Origin: Myxococcales bacterium
Lineage (GTDB): Bacteria > Myxococcota_A > UBA9042
Reading direction: 5' to 3'
NCBI GenBank assembly: GCA_037441385.1
Contig: JBBISH010000062.1
Coordinates: 1-35,753, forward strand
Length of the DNA: 35,753 nt
Shown: positions 16,955 through 25,452 of the stretch, one piece after another
Layout: each line of letters opens with the position of its first letter
Position numbering within the stretch: position 1 is the first letter of the stretch
Translations under genes and position numbers: made by a program
The notes under the pieces: model-generated
The model's database searches: none
Seen by the model: only the letters and a program-made list of their open reading frames with translations
What the model was told of the DNA's origin: nothing

Positions 16955-18739
16955 ATGAAAAGCGGAGCATACGTGGCCCTGGTCGGCAGCCTGATCGCGC
17001 TGCTGGGTGGCAATCTGGGTGCGGGGGGCAGCGACACGCCGTCGCTGTGGCGGCAGTGGTTCTCGGCGGCGTACTCGGAAGAGTTGGGGTATCGCGGCGT
17101 CGCGCTGCTGCAAATGTGGCCAGGTCAGATTTCGGCGGTTTTCGCGCTGGTGGGGCTGGTCGCGGTGGTCCTGGTGCTCCGGCAGCGCCGCCAGCGCGCG
17201 GGCTGGCTGTTGCTGGCCGCGGGCGTGGCCCAACTGGGCCTGGCGTGGCTGACCTGGCACTCCATCTACGCAGTGGTGCCGTGTGCTTCGCTGGGGCTTT
17301 CGGTGTGCGATGCAGACGGCGGGCTGTTGCCGCTGACGTACCTGCATCTCAATGGCCTGGTCTGGCTGGTCCTGGGCGGCGCGCTCTGCGCCCTGGGTGG
17401 GGCGGGCGTGCTGGCGGCCTGGGCCGAATACCCCGCCGAGCGGCGCTTCTTGCGCGTTGCGCTGCATTGGGGCGAGCAAGTGGTGGCCGAGCGAGTGCTG
17501 TTTGTGCCGCAGCCCGTGACCGTGGGCGAGGCGGCGGGCAACTTGCTGCAAGTCCCGGCCGGCGGCCTGGCTTCGCATACCCTGCTGGCGCCTTTGGCCG
17601 GCGACGCGTACCAGTTGGTGCTGCCCTACGGCGCCCGGGCCGAGTTGCAGCGCGGCGGCAAATCGATCGATTTCGAGGGGGTGGCCCAGGTCGACGACGG
17701 TTGCCAAGGCGCGATCAGCTTGGACAACGGCCTGGAACTGCGCTTTGACTTTACGGCCGCCCAGCAAGGCGCGCTGGCGGGCGGACCGCACCGGCGTGAC
17801 CAAGCGCTGGCCCTGTCGTTCGCGCTGGTGTTTTCGGCCGCGGTCCTCGGTTTCGTCGCGCTGGCGACCCTGGTGCCGCTGAGTGACGCGGCGCAAGACC
17901 GCGAGGCGCTGGCGCAAAAAAACCGCGGCCTGATCGAGGTGGCCCTGCAAGAGCCCGAGCCGCCCGCACCGCGGCCGACCGAGGCGCTGGACCAAGAACC
18001 CCGCAAGGCCAAGGCCGAGGGCGAAGAGGGCAAAGTGGGCGATCCGCGCGAGGATCCTGCCAAGGTGTCCAAAGTGCCCAAGATCGAGGCGCCGCTGCGC
18101 CGGCCCAACGACGTGCGCGAGATCGGCCTGGCCAAGGCCCTGTCGGCGGCGCCCGCGCTGCCAGGTGCGCTCGGTACCGTGATGGCGGGCGACACTGGCG
18201 CCATTCGCGACAAGATGGCGGTGGCCATGGACGGCAGCGGCGTCGAGATCGACTTTGGCCACGGCACCGGCGGCAGAACTTGGCGCGGAACGGGCACGGG
18301 CGGCGGCGGTGACAACCCGTTCGTGCCGATCGCGGGCTGGCAAGATCGGCCAGGGGGCGACGGCTGGGACCCGCACGCCCAAGTCGGGTTGCGGAAGAAG
18401 CCCAAAATCGCCATCAAGCGCATCCCCTTGGCCGAGCCGCAGCCCACCGCCGGCTGCGATCCGGGCGACATCAGCAAGAACGTCCGCAGCCGCAGCAGCG
18501 CGATCCGGGCGTGTTACGAGACGCAGTTGCTCGCCCACGCCGACCTGGCCGGCAAGGTCACGCTGCAGTGGACGGTGGCCGGCGACGGCCGCGTGACCGG
18601 CGAAAAGACGGTGGACGACACCTTGGGCAACGCCACCGTGACCGACTGCGTGCTGCGGGCGGTCCGGCGCATCCAGTTCGCTCCACCGGCCGCGGGCGTG
18701 TGTGTGGTACGTTGGCCGGTCGTGTTCCGGCCCGACTGA
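16955..18739 (+). CDS. AgmX/PglI (TonB-C-like) C-terminal domain protein
   Basis: AGGAGG RBS. N-terminal TMs, LRVALHWGEQVV..., a TM, a Pro/Glu and Gly-rich linker, then IRACYETQL....LAGKVTLQWTV...GRV...V.DCV...F..P..G..V.WPVVF. Confidence 0.85.
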   Translation: MKSGAYVALVGSLIALLGGNLGAGGSDTPSLWRQWFSAAYSEELGYRGVALLQMWPGQISAVFALVGLVAVVLVLRQRRQRAGWLLLAAGVAQLGLAWLTWHSIYAVVPCASLGLSVCDADGGLLPLTYLHLNGLVWLVLGGALCALGGAGVLAAWAEYPAERRFLRVALHWGEQVVAERVLFVPQPVTVGEAAGNLLQVPAGGLASHTLLAPLAGDAYQLVLPYGARAELQRGGKSIDFEGVAQVDDGCQGAISLDNGLELRFDFTAAQQGALAGGPHRRDQALALSFALVFSAAVLGFVALATLVPLSDAAQDREALAQKNRGLIEVALQEPEPPAPRPTEALDQEPRKAKAEGEEGKVGDPREDPAKVSKVPKIEAPLRRPNDVREIGLAKALSAAPALPGALGTVMAGDTGAIRDKMAVAMDGSGVEIDFGHGTGGRTWRGTGTGGGGDNPFVPIAGWQDRPGGDGWDPHAQVGLRKKPKIAIKRIPLAEPQPTAGCDPGDISKNVRSRSSAIRACYETQLLAHADLAGKVTLQWTVAGDGRVTGEKTVDDTLGNATVTDCVLRAVRRIQFAPPAAGVCVVRWPVVFRPD

Positions 18740-18835
18740 GCGCGCACGCAAAAAGCCAGGGCGAACCCTGTACGACGACCGCGGGCTCGGACATGCTCTA
18801 GATGCGGTCCAGCGCGGGCCGCCAGCGAGTCCGCG

Positions 18836-20368
18836 ATGTCTCGGTCGATCTTTGGCGCGATCCTGCTGATCTGGACGGCGTTGCTGGCCGCGTGCACCAC
18901 GGTGGACGGTCACTCGCCCACGCTGGCCGACGCCAAGGCCCTGCAGCACCTGATCGGCGAAGTGGGAGTGGTGCAAAAGCAGCTGCTGGCGCACCCCGAG
19001 CTGGCGGGCACGGGCAAGGGCGTTCCGGTGCCCACGGTGCTGACGGCCGAGCAGCGCAAGCTCCTCTTGTCTTGGTGGGCGCCGCACCTGGACCACGACC
19101 GCGCGCTGGAATCGTACCAAGTGCGCTTTCTGTACGGCTGGCAAACGCTCAAGACGCCGGCCGAGCAGACCCGCGCGTTGGCGGTGGGTTTGGCGGCCTT
19201 GGCGGCGCAGGTGCAGGCCAATCTGGACTTTGTCGTGCGCTACGGTCGGGTCGAGGCGGCCTACGCGGTGCTGAACGATGCGGCTTTGGACGTGGGCGTT
19301 TCGGCTGGCGAATTCGAGCGCGTGCTGGTGACGACGGCCAAGCCGCAGACCATGTTGATGTTGACGCTGGGCGTGCAAGCGCTGCAGCGGCACATCGACC
19401 GTTTGCGCACCTCCGAGGCGATCGACGCAACGTTCTTGGAGTTGGCGAACCAGACGCTGACCTATGCGCAGACCGTCCAGACGGCCTACGACAAGGCGGC
19501 GCCGCGCTTGCTCGCCTCGGCCATCAGCACCGTGACCCAGAACCCGCTGGACGCAGCCACGGCGGCGCTGGTCGAGCACATTGCCGAGTGGCTCGGGGAT
19601 ACGCGCTTGCGCAAGCGGACGGCCAGCTTGATCTCGGCCGCCCAGGTCGACTGGTTGGCGACCCAGTTGCAGCCCGGCGACGTCATGGTCGAGCGGCGCA
19701 ATTGGTACCTTTCGAACCTGGGCCTGCCGGGATTTTGGCCCCACGCCGAGCTTTTTGTGGGCGATCCGGCGGCGCTGGCGGCGGCCTTTGACCAGGATCC
19801 GCAGGTCCGCGACACCTACGGCCCCGGCGGTTTGACGGGCTATCTGCAGTCCGAGCTTCCTTCGGTTTGGGCCGCCTACGTGGCCATGGCCGAGGATGGC
19901 CGCCCGCACCGCGTCATCGAGGCCGTGTCCGAGGGCGTGGTTTTCTCTAGCTTGCACGAGGCGGCCCAGGCCGACTACCTGGGGGCCATGCGACCGCGCC
20001 TGAGTGCGCTGGACAAAGCCCGCGCCATCGCCGCCGCCTTTGCCCAATACGGCAAACCCTACGATTTTGACTTCGACTTCTTGACCCAGTCCACCCTGGT
20101 GTGCAGCGAGTTGGTGTACGTGGCCTACCAGACCCTGGCGCCCAAGCAGGGCCTGAACCTGCCGCTGACCGAGGTGATGGGCCGTGAAACCCTGCCGCCC
20201 ACGGACTTTGTCCGCGTTTTTGACCAGCAGTACGGTACCGCCGCGCAGCAGCTGGATTTTGTAGCGTTCCTAGACGGCCGCGAGAGCAGCGGCACCGCCG
20301 TGGTGGCCACCGAGGCGGCCTTGCGGGCGTCGTGGCAGCGGCCCAAGTGGGACTTGGCGCAGCAGTAG
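18836..20368 (+). CDS. Lipoprotein with permuted papain-like NlpC/P60 (YiiX/YebB-like) domain
   Basis: LLAAC lipobox. LQPGD, PGFWPHAELFVG (His), IEAVSEGV and GKPYDFDFDF....LVCSELVY (Cys), with His preceding Cys. Confidence 0.88.
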   Translation: MSRSIFGAILLIWTALLAACTTVDGHSPTLADAKALQHLIGEVGVVQKQLLAHPELAGTGKGVPVPTVLTAEQRKLLLSWWAPHLDHDRALESYQVRFLYGWQTLKTPAEQTRALAVGLAALAAQVQANLDFVVRYGRVEAAYAVLNDAALDVGVSAGEFERVLVTTAKPQTMLMLTLGVQALQRHIDRLRTSEAIDATFLELANQTLTYAQTVQTAYDKAAPRLLASAISTVTQNPLDAATAALVEHIAEWLGDTRLRKRTASLISAAQVDWLATQLQPGDVMVERRNWYLSNLGLPGFWPHAELFVGDPAALAAAFDQDPQVRDTYGPGGLTGYLQSELPSVWAAYVAMAEDGRPHRVIEAVSEGVVFSSLHEAAQADYLGAMRPRLSALDKARAIAAAFAQYGKPYDFDFDFLTQSTLVCSELVYVAYQTLAPKQGLNLPLTEVMGRETLPPTDFVRVFDQQYGTAAQQLDFVAFLDGRESSGTAVVATEAALRASWQRPKWDLAQQ

Positions 20369-20431
20369 CCGACCTGTGCCGCGACCGTCCCGCCGCGGGC
20401 CCTGGATGCGGACTGGCGCACGGGCGCGGAA

Positions 20432-20482
20432 TCCGTCTGAATCGGCCAGAAGCTGTGGCCTGTCCTCGGGCTCGAACCGGGG
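20432..20482 (+). repeat. Repeat family B, degenerate left-half fragment
   Basis: TCCGTCTGAATCGG...CGGGCTCGAACCGGGG matches consensus TCCGTCCGAATCGG...CGGGCCCGAACCGGGG with spacing within 1 nt. Confidence 0.6.
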
Positions 20483-20501
20483 TTCGCAAAAGGGGGAATT
20501 C

Positions 20502-21248
20502 GTGAGCAAGACCACGCGCAAAGCTTGGCGGACCGGCTTGCTGGCGCTGCTGGGCCTGGTTCTGACGGCGGGCGAAACCGGCTGCTCCATCGCGACGCTA
20601 GGCAGCGCGCGCACCATCGATCCTGGGACCACCCAAGTGTGGTTGGCGCCCGCGCTGGTGCGGGTCAGCCGCGGCAGCAAGCCGTACGTGGGGCCACAGT
20701 TCGAACTGGGCGGCCGCTACGGCGTCACCCAGAACCTAGACGTGGGCGCGCGGCTGTGGCTGCCACTGCCTGGCTATGCCTTGGATGCCCGAATCGGCCT
20801 GCGGCGGGCGCGCGGCGCGGGTCTGGACCTGGCCATTCAGCCCGGCGCTGCCTACCTGTACATCCCCGGCGGCAGCGGCAACGACGCCCCGATGCACCTG
20901 GCCACCGCCTACCTGCCCCTGCTTGCCGGCTGGCATTTTGCCAGTGGCCACCAGGCGGTGCTGGGCGTCAAGCTCATCGATCTGGTGGCGATCGACACCT
21001 CGACCTACGGCCAAACTGCCCAGTTGCTGACCGGGGCGGTGACGCTCGGTGGCCTTTTGCAGCTGACCGACAACTTTGCCGTCGCGCCCGAAGTCGGCCT
21101 GGGGACGCTGCTGATGGGCTCGCTCACCGGCTTTGGCGCCGACTTGGGTTTTGGCGGCACCACGCTGCAGGCCTCGCTGGGGTTCATGTTCGGCGGTCGG
21201 CAGGCGCGTCAGCACTGCGTGGATTTGCCCGCGGCGGCGACCGAGTAG
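20502..21248 (+). CDS. Putative outer-membrane beta-barrel lipoprotein
   Basis: GTG after AGGGGG; signal ending TGC; SARTIDPG; ELGGRYGVTQNLDVG and alternating amphipathic strands. Confidence 0.7.
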   Translation: MSKTTRKAWRTGLLALLGLVLTAGETGCSIATLGSARTIDPGTTQVWLAPALVRVSRGSKPYVGPQFELGGRYGVTQNLDVGARLWLPLPGYALDARIGLRRARGAGLDLAIQPGAAYLYIPGGSGNDAPMHLATAYLPLLAGWHFASGHQAVLGVKLIDLVAIDTSTYGQTAQLLTGAVTLGGLLQLTDNFAVAPEVGLGTLLMGSLTGFGADLGFGGTTLQASLGFMFGGRQARQHCVDLPAAATE

Positions 21249-21385
21249 CGGGCCAAGAAGCTCCGCTTGAGTCCGAGCGGCGATGACGACAACCTCGGCT
21301 ATGCCAGCATCGGGAGCGTTTCAGCGCCGACTGCCCGAAAGGTGACCCTATCGCCGAGATCGAAGCCGATCTGGCGGCCAACTAG

Positions 21386-21421
21386 GGGGCCGCGCAAAAT
21401 CGACTCGATTTTCACGGCCCC
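21386..21421. promoter_or_regulatory. Inverted repeat / hairpin with perfect AAAATCGA-C-TCGATTTT core
   Basis: GGGGCCG-cgc-AAAATCGA c TCGATTTT-ca-CGGCCCC within a 430-bp intergenic gap; function unknown. Confidence 0.4.
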
Positions 21422-21679
21422 TGCTCCTGGTGCTGGGCGGGTCGCAACTGCGCGCCCCCATGGGCATCGCACCGCACCGCGCGCACGCGAACGAACGAGC
21501 TTTTCTTGCCCAGGCCCCAGGCAATTCGTTGGCTTTTTGACGTACGCGCTGCCGCGACGGCGGTGGCGGCGTGACACAAGCGCCGAGCCTAGTCATACTC
21601 GCGACCGGCCTACCTGTGTGTGCGGCCGCGTGCCGCACGCCACGGGCAAAAACCTTTGGTTCCCCAACCGGGTGTCGCC

Positions 21680-22462
21680 ATGCAAATTCATCGCCGTTTT
21701 ACTCGCCATCCGATCAGTCTGTCGGTCTGGCTGCTGGTGTCGGGTCAGTGGCAAGAGTACCAAACGACCGATATCTCGCGGCCGGGTATGTTCGTGCGGG
21801 TGCTGAACCCTACGCAGCAGTTAGGACAGGCGCTGCAGGTTCGTCTGCGCCTGCCCGACGGGACGACCTTTGAAGGCATGGTGCAGGTTCGGCGGGTGGT
21901 GCCGGCGACGCAGTTCAATCCCTTGGGCGCCGGGTTGGGTCTGGAGTGGTTCGCCCTGTCGACAGAGAGCCGGAATCGCTGGGATGGCCTGGTGTTTGGC
22001 ATGCGCCGCCAAGCTGAACGGCAGAGCTATGCTGAAAACAGTCAGGATCTGCGCAACCAGCTCCCGCCCGAGAATGTGCGCGCCGCGCTCCGCAAGATGC
22101 GCGAGGCCGGCGAACTGGCCGCCGCGCCGCGCGAAGTGCTCCACCCAGAGGCGCGGCCGCCGCTGGTGGTCCCCGTGGCCCCCGCCAACCAAGAACGGCT
22201 AGAGGCCGTGGCCATGCGCTGCAGCCGGCAATCGCACATGTTCTTGAAGACGGACCGCCCGCCGGTGCTGGGCCAACACGTGCGCATCATGCTTGCTCAC
22301 CCCGATACCGACGTGGAATTCGTGGTGCGCGCCGTCGTTGAGCGCATCGTCACCGGCGAAGACGGGCTGTACGCCGGTGTGCAGGTGCGCTGCTTGCCCC
22401 TGTCCGCCCAAGAGCACGAGGACCTTGGTGCTTTTGTGGCTGGCCAAGACGCCTTGGCGTAG
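21680..22462 (+). CDS. Tandem PilZ-domain protein
   Basis: N-terminal RRFTR (RxxxR) and DISRPG (DxSxxG) c-di-GMP motifs, followed by a second degenerate PilZ (MFLKTDRPP.LG..V...L.HP). Confidence 0.85.
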   Translation: MQIHRRFTRHPISLSVWLLVSGQWQEYQTTDISRPGMFVRVLNPTQQLGQALQVRLRLPDGTTFEGMVQVRRVVPATQFNPLGAGLGLEWFALSTESRNRWDGLVFGMRRQAERQSYAENSQDLRNQLPPENVRAALRKMREAGELAAAPREVLHPEARPPLVVPVAPANQERLEAVAMRCSRQSHMFLKTDRPPVLGQHVRIMLAHPDTDVEFVVRAVVERIVTGEDGLYAGVQVRCLPLSAQEHEDLGAFVAGQDALA

Positions 22463-22515
22463 CGGGCGAAGCGCCAAGTTGCGTGGAAGTCTCCAAGTTT
22501 GGGCGCGGTCGCGGC

Positions 22516-22722
22516 CTACTTGCAGGTCACCGGCACACACGTCGCCGTGCCGGAGCTTTCCAGTTGGCAGCGCAGGTCGGGTGCGCAATCTCCGTTGCAG
22601 GCTTGGCCGACGGTGGGCGGTCCATGGCAGATCCCGTCGATTCCGCAATGCAGGTCGTTGGCGCAGAGTTGCCTGGGACCGCTGGCGCACTTTTCGCCGG
22701 CTTTGGGCGGTTTTGGGGCGCC
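22516..22722 (-). pseudogene. 3' remnant of a Cys-rich protein gene
   Basis: PKPPKAGEKCASGPRQLCANDLHCGIDGICHGPPTVGQACNGDCAPDLRCQLESSGTATCVPVTCK followed by a stop. The sequence upstream in this frame reads as the antisense of another gene. Confidence 0.55.
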
Positions 22723-23168
22723 GGAGACACTGTTCGACGGCAACGGCGTGAAGCTGGGGCGCTTCCTGGGCACCACCAAGACTTCGTTCAACCCCAAAAT
22801 CATCTTGGAGATCATGACCTCCACCGGCTACCTGGTGCAGTTCAAGGAGCAAGGGGTCAAGCAAGCGGAGCTGAGCACCTGGGCCACCTGCTATTCCGAG
22901 CCGAACTGCACAGGCACCGCCATGACCCTTTCCCAACCCTGCCAGTGGCCGCATTTCGCGGTCCAATTCCTGCCCGACACCCACCTGGCCGCGCCCCCGT
23001 CCTAAGCGTCCTCATGGCCGCAGGTGAACATGGACTACAAGTCGCAGCTCACCCCGACCGGCTGCAAGGCCGCGTACTACCCCGGCGCGAACGGCTACGC
23101 GGTGACGGTGCTCACGGCCGCGCAAGTGGGCCTGCCGGTCACCATCCCAGGATCCACCACCGAAATTC
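22720..23168 (+). pseudogene. 5'-truncated gene fragment with internal stop, ending at MITE insertion
   Basis: LFDGNGVKLGRFLG...CYSEPNCTGTA...PPS*ASSWPQVNMDYKSQLTPTGCK...GLPVTIPG reads in one frame with coding-like codon usage across TAA 23003-23005. Confidence 0.6.
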
Positions 23169-23396
23169 CCTGCCTTACCGGATAGCTACTAGCGCCGTAA
23201 ATGTGTTGGAAACCTGTGCGATCCTTGGTACTTGGCCCTCACCCCGCCGCCTGCGGCGGCAGCCCCCAACGCTTTGGGCGAGGGGCAATGCAATTTCCCT
23301 TTACCCCTCGCCCACTTCAGTGGGAGAGGGGTCGGCCGCAGGCCGGGGGTGAGGGCCATTCGACGCTGCGGCAGAGTAAGCAACCGGTAAGGCAGG
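23169..23396 (-). mobile_element. MITE family A, copy 2 (228 bp)
   Basis: Perfect 13-bp TIR CCTGCCTTACCGG/CCGGTAAGGCAGG, flanked by the direct repeat CGAAATTC at 23161-23168 and 23397-23404. Confidence 0.92.
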
Positions 23397-23586
23397 CGAA
23401 ATTCGCCCCAGGCGCCGAGTTGCGCCCAAAGCGGCGGATTGGGGCATCCAGTCCGCCTGGCATTTCCTGCCGTAGTCTTCTGCGGTAGCCTACGCGCGCG
23501 CCAGGTGCCGGGTCCCGACAGGGGAGCCGGAGGCCGACGCCGTCAAGAAAAGATGTCAAGTGTCAATACCTGACCCCAAGGAACCC

Positions 23587-25437
23587 ATGTCGTCGCCTGC
23601 CGAATCGCCCCCGCCCAGCGACCCGGACAGCCACTGGCTGGCCCACGTCTACCGCCCCGGCGTGCCGCAGCTGACCGTGCGCGCCATCGTGGTGGGGATG
23701 GGCATCGGCGCGGTGATGTGCCTGTCCAACCTGTACGTGTTCTTCAAGACGGGCTGGTCGATGGGCGTGACCATCACCGCCGCCATACTGGCGTTTGCGC
23801 TGTTCCGCGCACTGCAGGCCGCCGGGGTGGTGCGGCAGCCCCTTACCGCCCTGGAGAATAACGCGCTCACCACGGTCGCCTCGGGCGCCGGCTTCATGAC
23901 CGGTGGCGGCAACATGGCCGCCTTTGGCGCGCTGATGATGGTCACCGCGGTGCGCCCCGACCCGCTGCCGATGGTGTTCTGGTTCGGCGCCATCGCGGCC
24001 TTGGGCGTCTTTACGGCCATCCCGATCAAGCGCCAGCTCATCAATGCCGAGGGCCTGCCGTTCCCCACGGGCAAAGCGACCGCAGAGACCCTGCGCGCCA
24101 TCCATGGCGAGAGCGCGGGCGCCCAGACCGGCAACGAGGGCTCGCTGCAAGCGCGCGCGCTGGGGCTTGGCGCCGTGTTCGCCGCGTTGGTGGCGTTCCT
24201 CCGCGACGCCAAGGCCGCCTGGATGCCGTGGAACTTGCCGGGCGCGCTGCCGTTGCCGTTCCAAATCGCCGGCAAGGCGGCCATGGACTGGACGCTGTCG
24301 CTCAAGACCGAAGTGGTGCTGATTGGCGCCGGCGCGCTGATGAGCTTTCGCACGGGCTGGTCGCTTTTGCTAGGCGGCGTGCTGACCTACGCGTTCTTGG
24401 CCCCGGCGCTGCTCGCTCAGGGCGTCATCCACGGCACCGGCTACAAGGCCATCGTCGCTTGGATGGTGTGGCCGGGCGCGGCCGTGCTCGTGGGCGCCGG
24501 GCTGACTTCGTTTGCCTTGGACTGGCGCAGTGTGGCGCGCTCGTTCTCGGGCATGGGCCGCATTTTCAAGAAGGGCAAAGCGGCCGAGTCGCTGCCCATC
24601 GACCAAGTGGAGTGCCCGGGCTGGTGGTTCCCCGCTGGCTTTGTCGCGCTGGGCCCGGTGGTGGTGGTGCTGATGGGCTGGCTCTTCCAGATTCCCGTGT
24701 GGGCGGGCCTGATTGCGGTGCCTCTGGCGGTGGTGATGGGCTTTGTGGCCGCGCGCGTGACGGGCGAGACCGACGTCACCCCGACCAAGGCGCTGGGGCC
24801 CGTGACGCAGCTGGTCTACGGCCTGCTCACCCCGGGAAATCTAGCGGGCAACATCATGAGCGCCAACGTCACGGGCGGGATTGGCCTGCACGCGGCCGAC
24901 CTGCTTACCACGCTGAAAACGGGACGTTTGCTGGGCGGCAACCCGCGCGTGCAGCTCTATGCCCAGCTCTTTGGCGTGGTGGCCGGCGCGGCGGTGGTGG
25001 TGCCGGCGTTCAATTTGTTGATTCCGGACCCGACCTTGCTGGGCTCGGACGCCTGGCCCGCGCCGTCGTGCCTGGTGTGGGCGGGGGTGTCCAAGGCCTT
25101 TGCCGGCGGCGTGGGGCTGTTGGACGGGCTGGCGCGCTCGGGCATCGTCGCCGGGCTGCTGCTGGGAAGTGCGCTGGCGATCGCGGAAAAGCTGGCGCCA
25201 CCGCGCGTTCGCGCCTTTGTGCCGTCGCCAGCTGGCCTGGGTATCGCCATGGTCATCCCGGGCAGCAACACCATCGCCATGTTCCTGGGTGCGCTGATCG
25301 CGCAGCAACTGGGCAAACGCAAGCCAGAATTTGCCCAACGCTATGTCGTGCCGGTCAGCTCGGGGCTCATCGCTGGCGAGTCGCTGATGGGCGTGGTGAT
25401 CGCGTTGCTCATCGTGGCGGGCGTGCTTCACAAATAG
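23587..25437 (+). CDS. OPT family oligopeptide transporter
   Basis: QLTVRAIVVG, NLYVFFKTGW, LENN..TT.AS, LPFPTGKATA, GETDVTP and SGLIAGESLMG with many TM helices. Confidence 0.93.
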   Translation: MSSPAESPPPSDPDSHWLAHVYRPGVPQLTVRAIVVGMGIGAVMCLSNLYVFFKTGWSMGVTITAAILAFALFRALQAAGVVRQPLTALENNALTTVASGAGFMTGGGNMAAFGALMMVTAVRPDPLPMVFWFGAIAALGVFTAIPIKRQLINAEGLPFPTGKATAETLRAIHGESAGAQTGNEGSLQARALGLGAVFAALVAFLRDAKAAWMPWNLPGALPLPFQIAGKAAMDWTLSLKTEVVLIGAGALMSFRTGWSLLLGGVLTYAFLAPALLAQGVIHGTGYKAIVAWMVWPGAAVLVGAGLTSFALDWRSVARSFSGMGRIFKKGKAAESLPIDQVECPGWWFPAGFVALGPVVVVLMGWLFQIPVWAGLIAVPLAVVMGFVAARVTGETDVTPTKALGPVTQLVYGLLTPGNLAGNIMSANVTGGIGLHAADLLTTLKTGRLLGGNPRVQLYAQLFGVVAGAAVVVPAFNLLIPDPTLLGSDAWPAPSCLVWAGVSKAFAGGVGLLDGLARSGIVAGLLLGSALAIAEKLAPPRVRAFVPSPAGLGIAMVIPGSNTIAMFLGALIAQQLGKRKPEFAQRYVVPVSSGLIAGESLMGVVIALLIVAGVLHK

Positions 25438-25452
25438 TCAGAGGGATCTTCC

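Noticed and set aside
16760..20047. N-terminal ~1100 aa of the 1392-aa minus-strand ORF
   Set aside because: Antisense shadow of the AgmX-like and NlpC/P60 genes; only 15869-16759 looks like real protein.
21636..21679. c-di-GMP-I riboswitch before the PilZ gene (CACGGGCAAA)
   Set aside because: Lacks the GAAA-loop stem, the GACGCAAAGC motif and the downstream stem of the consensus.
23433..23457. Hairpin GGCGGATTGG/CCAGTCCGCC as an intrinsic terminator
   Set aside because: No U-tract and no intact upstream gene to terminate.
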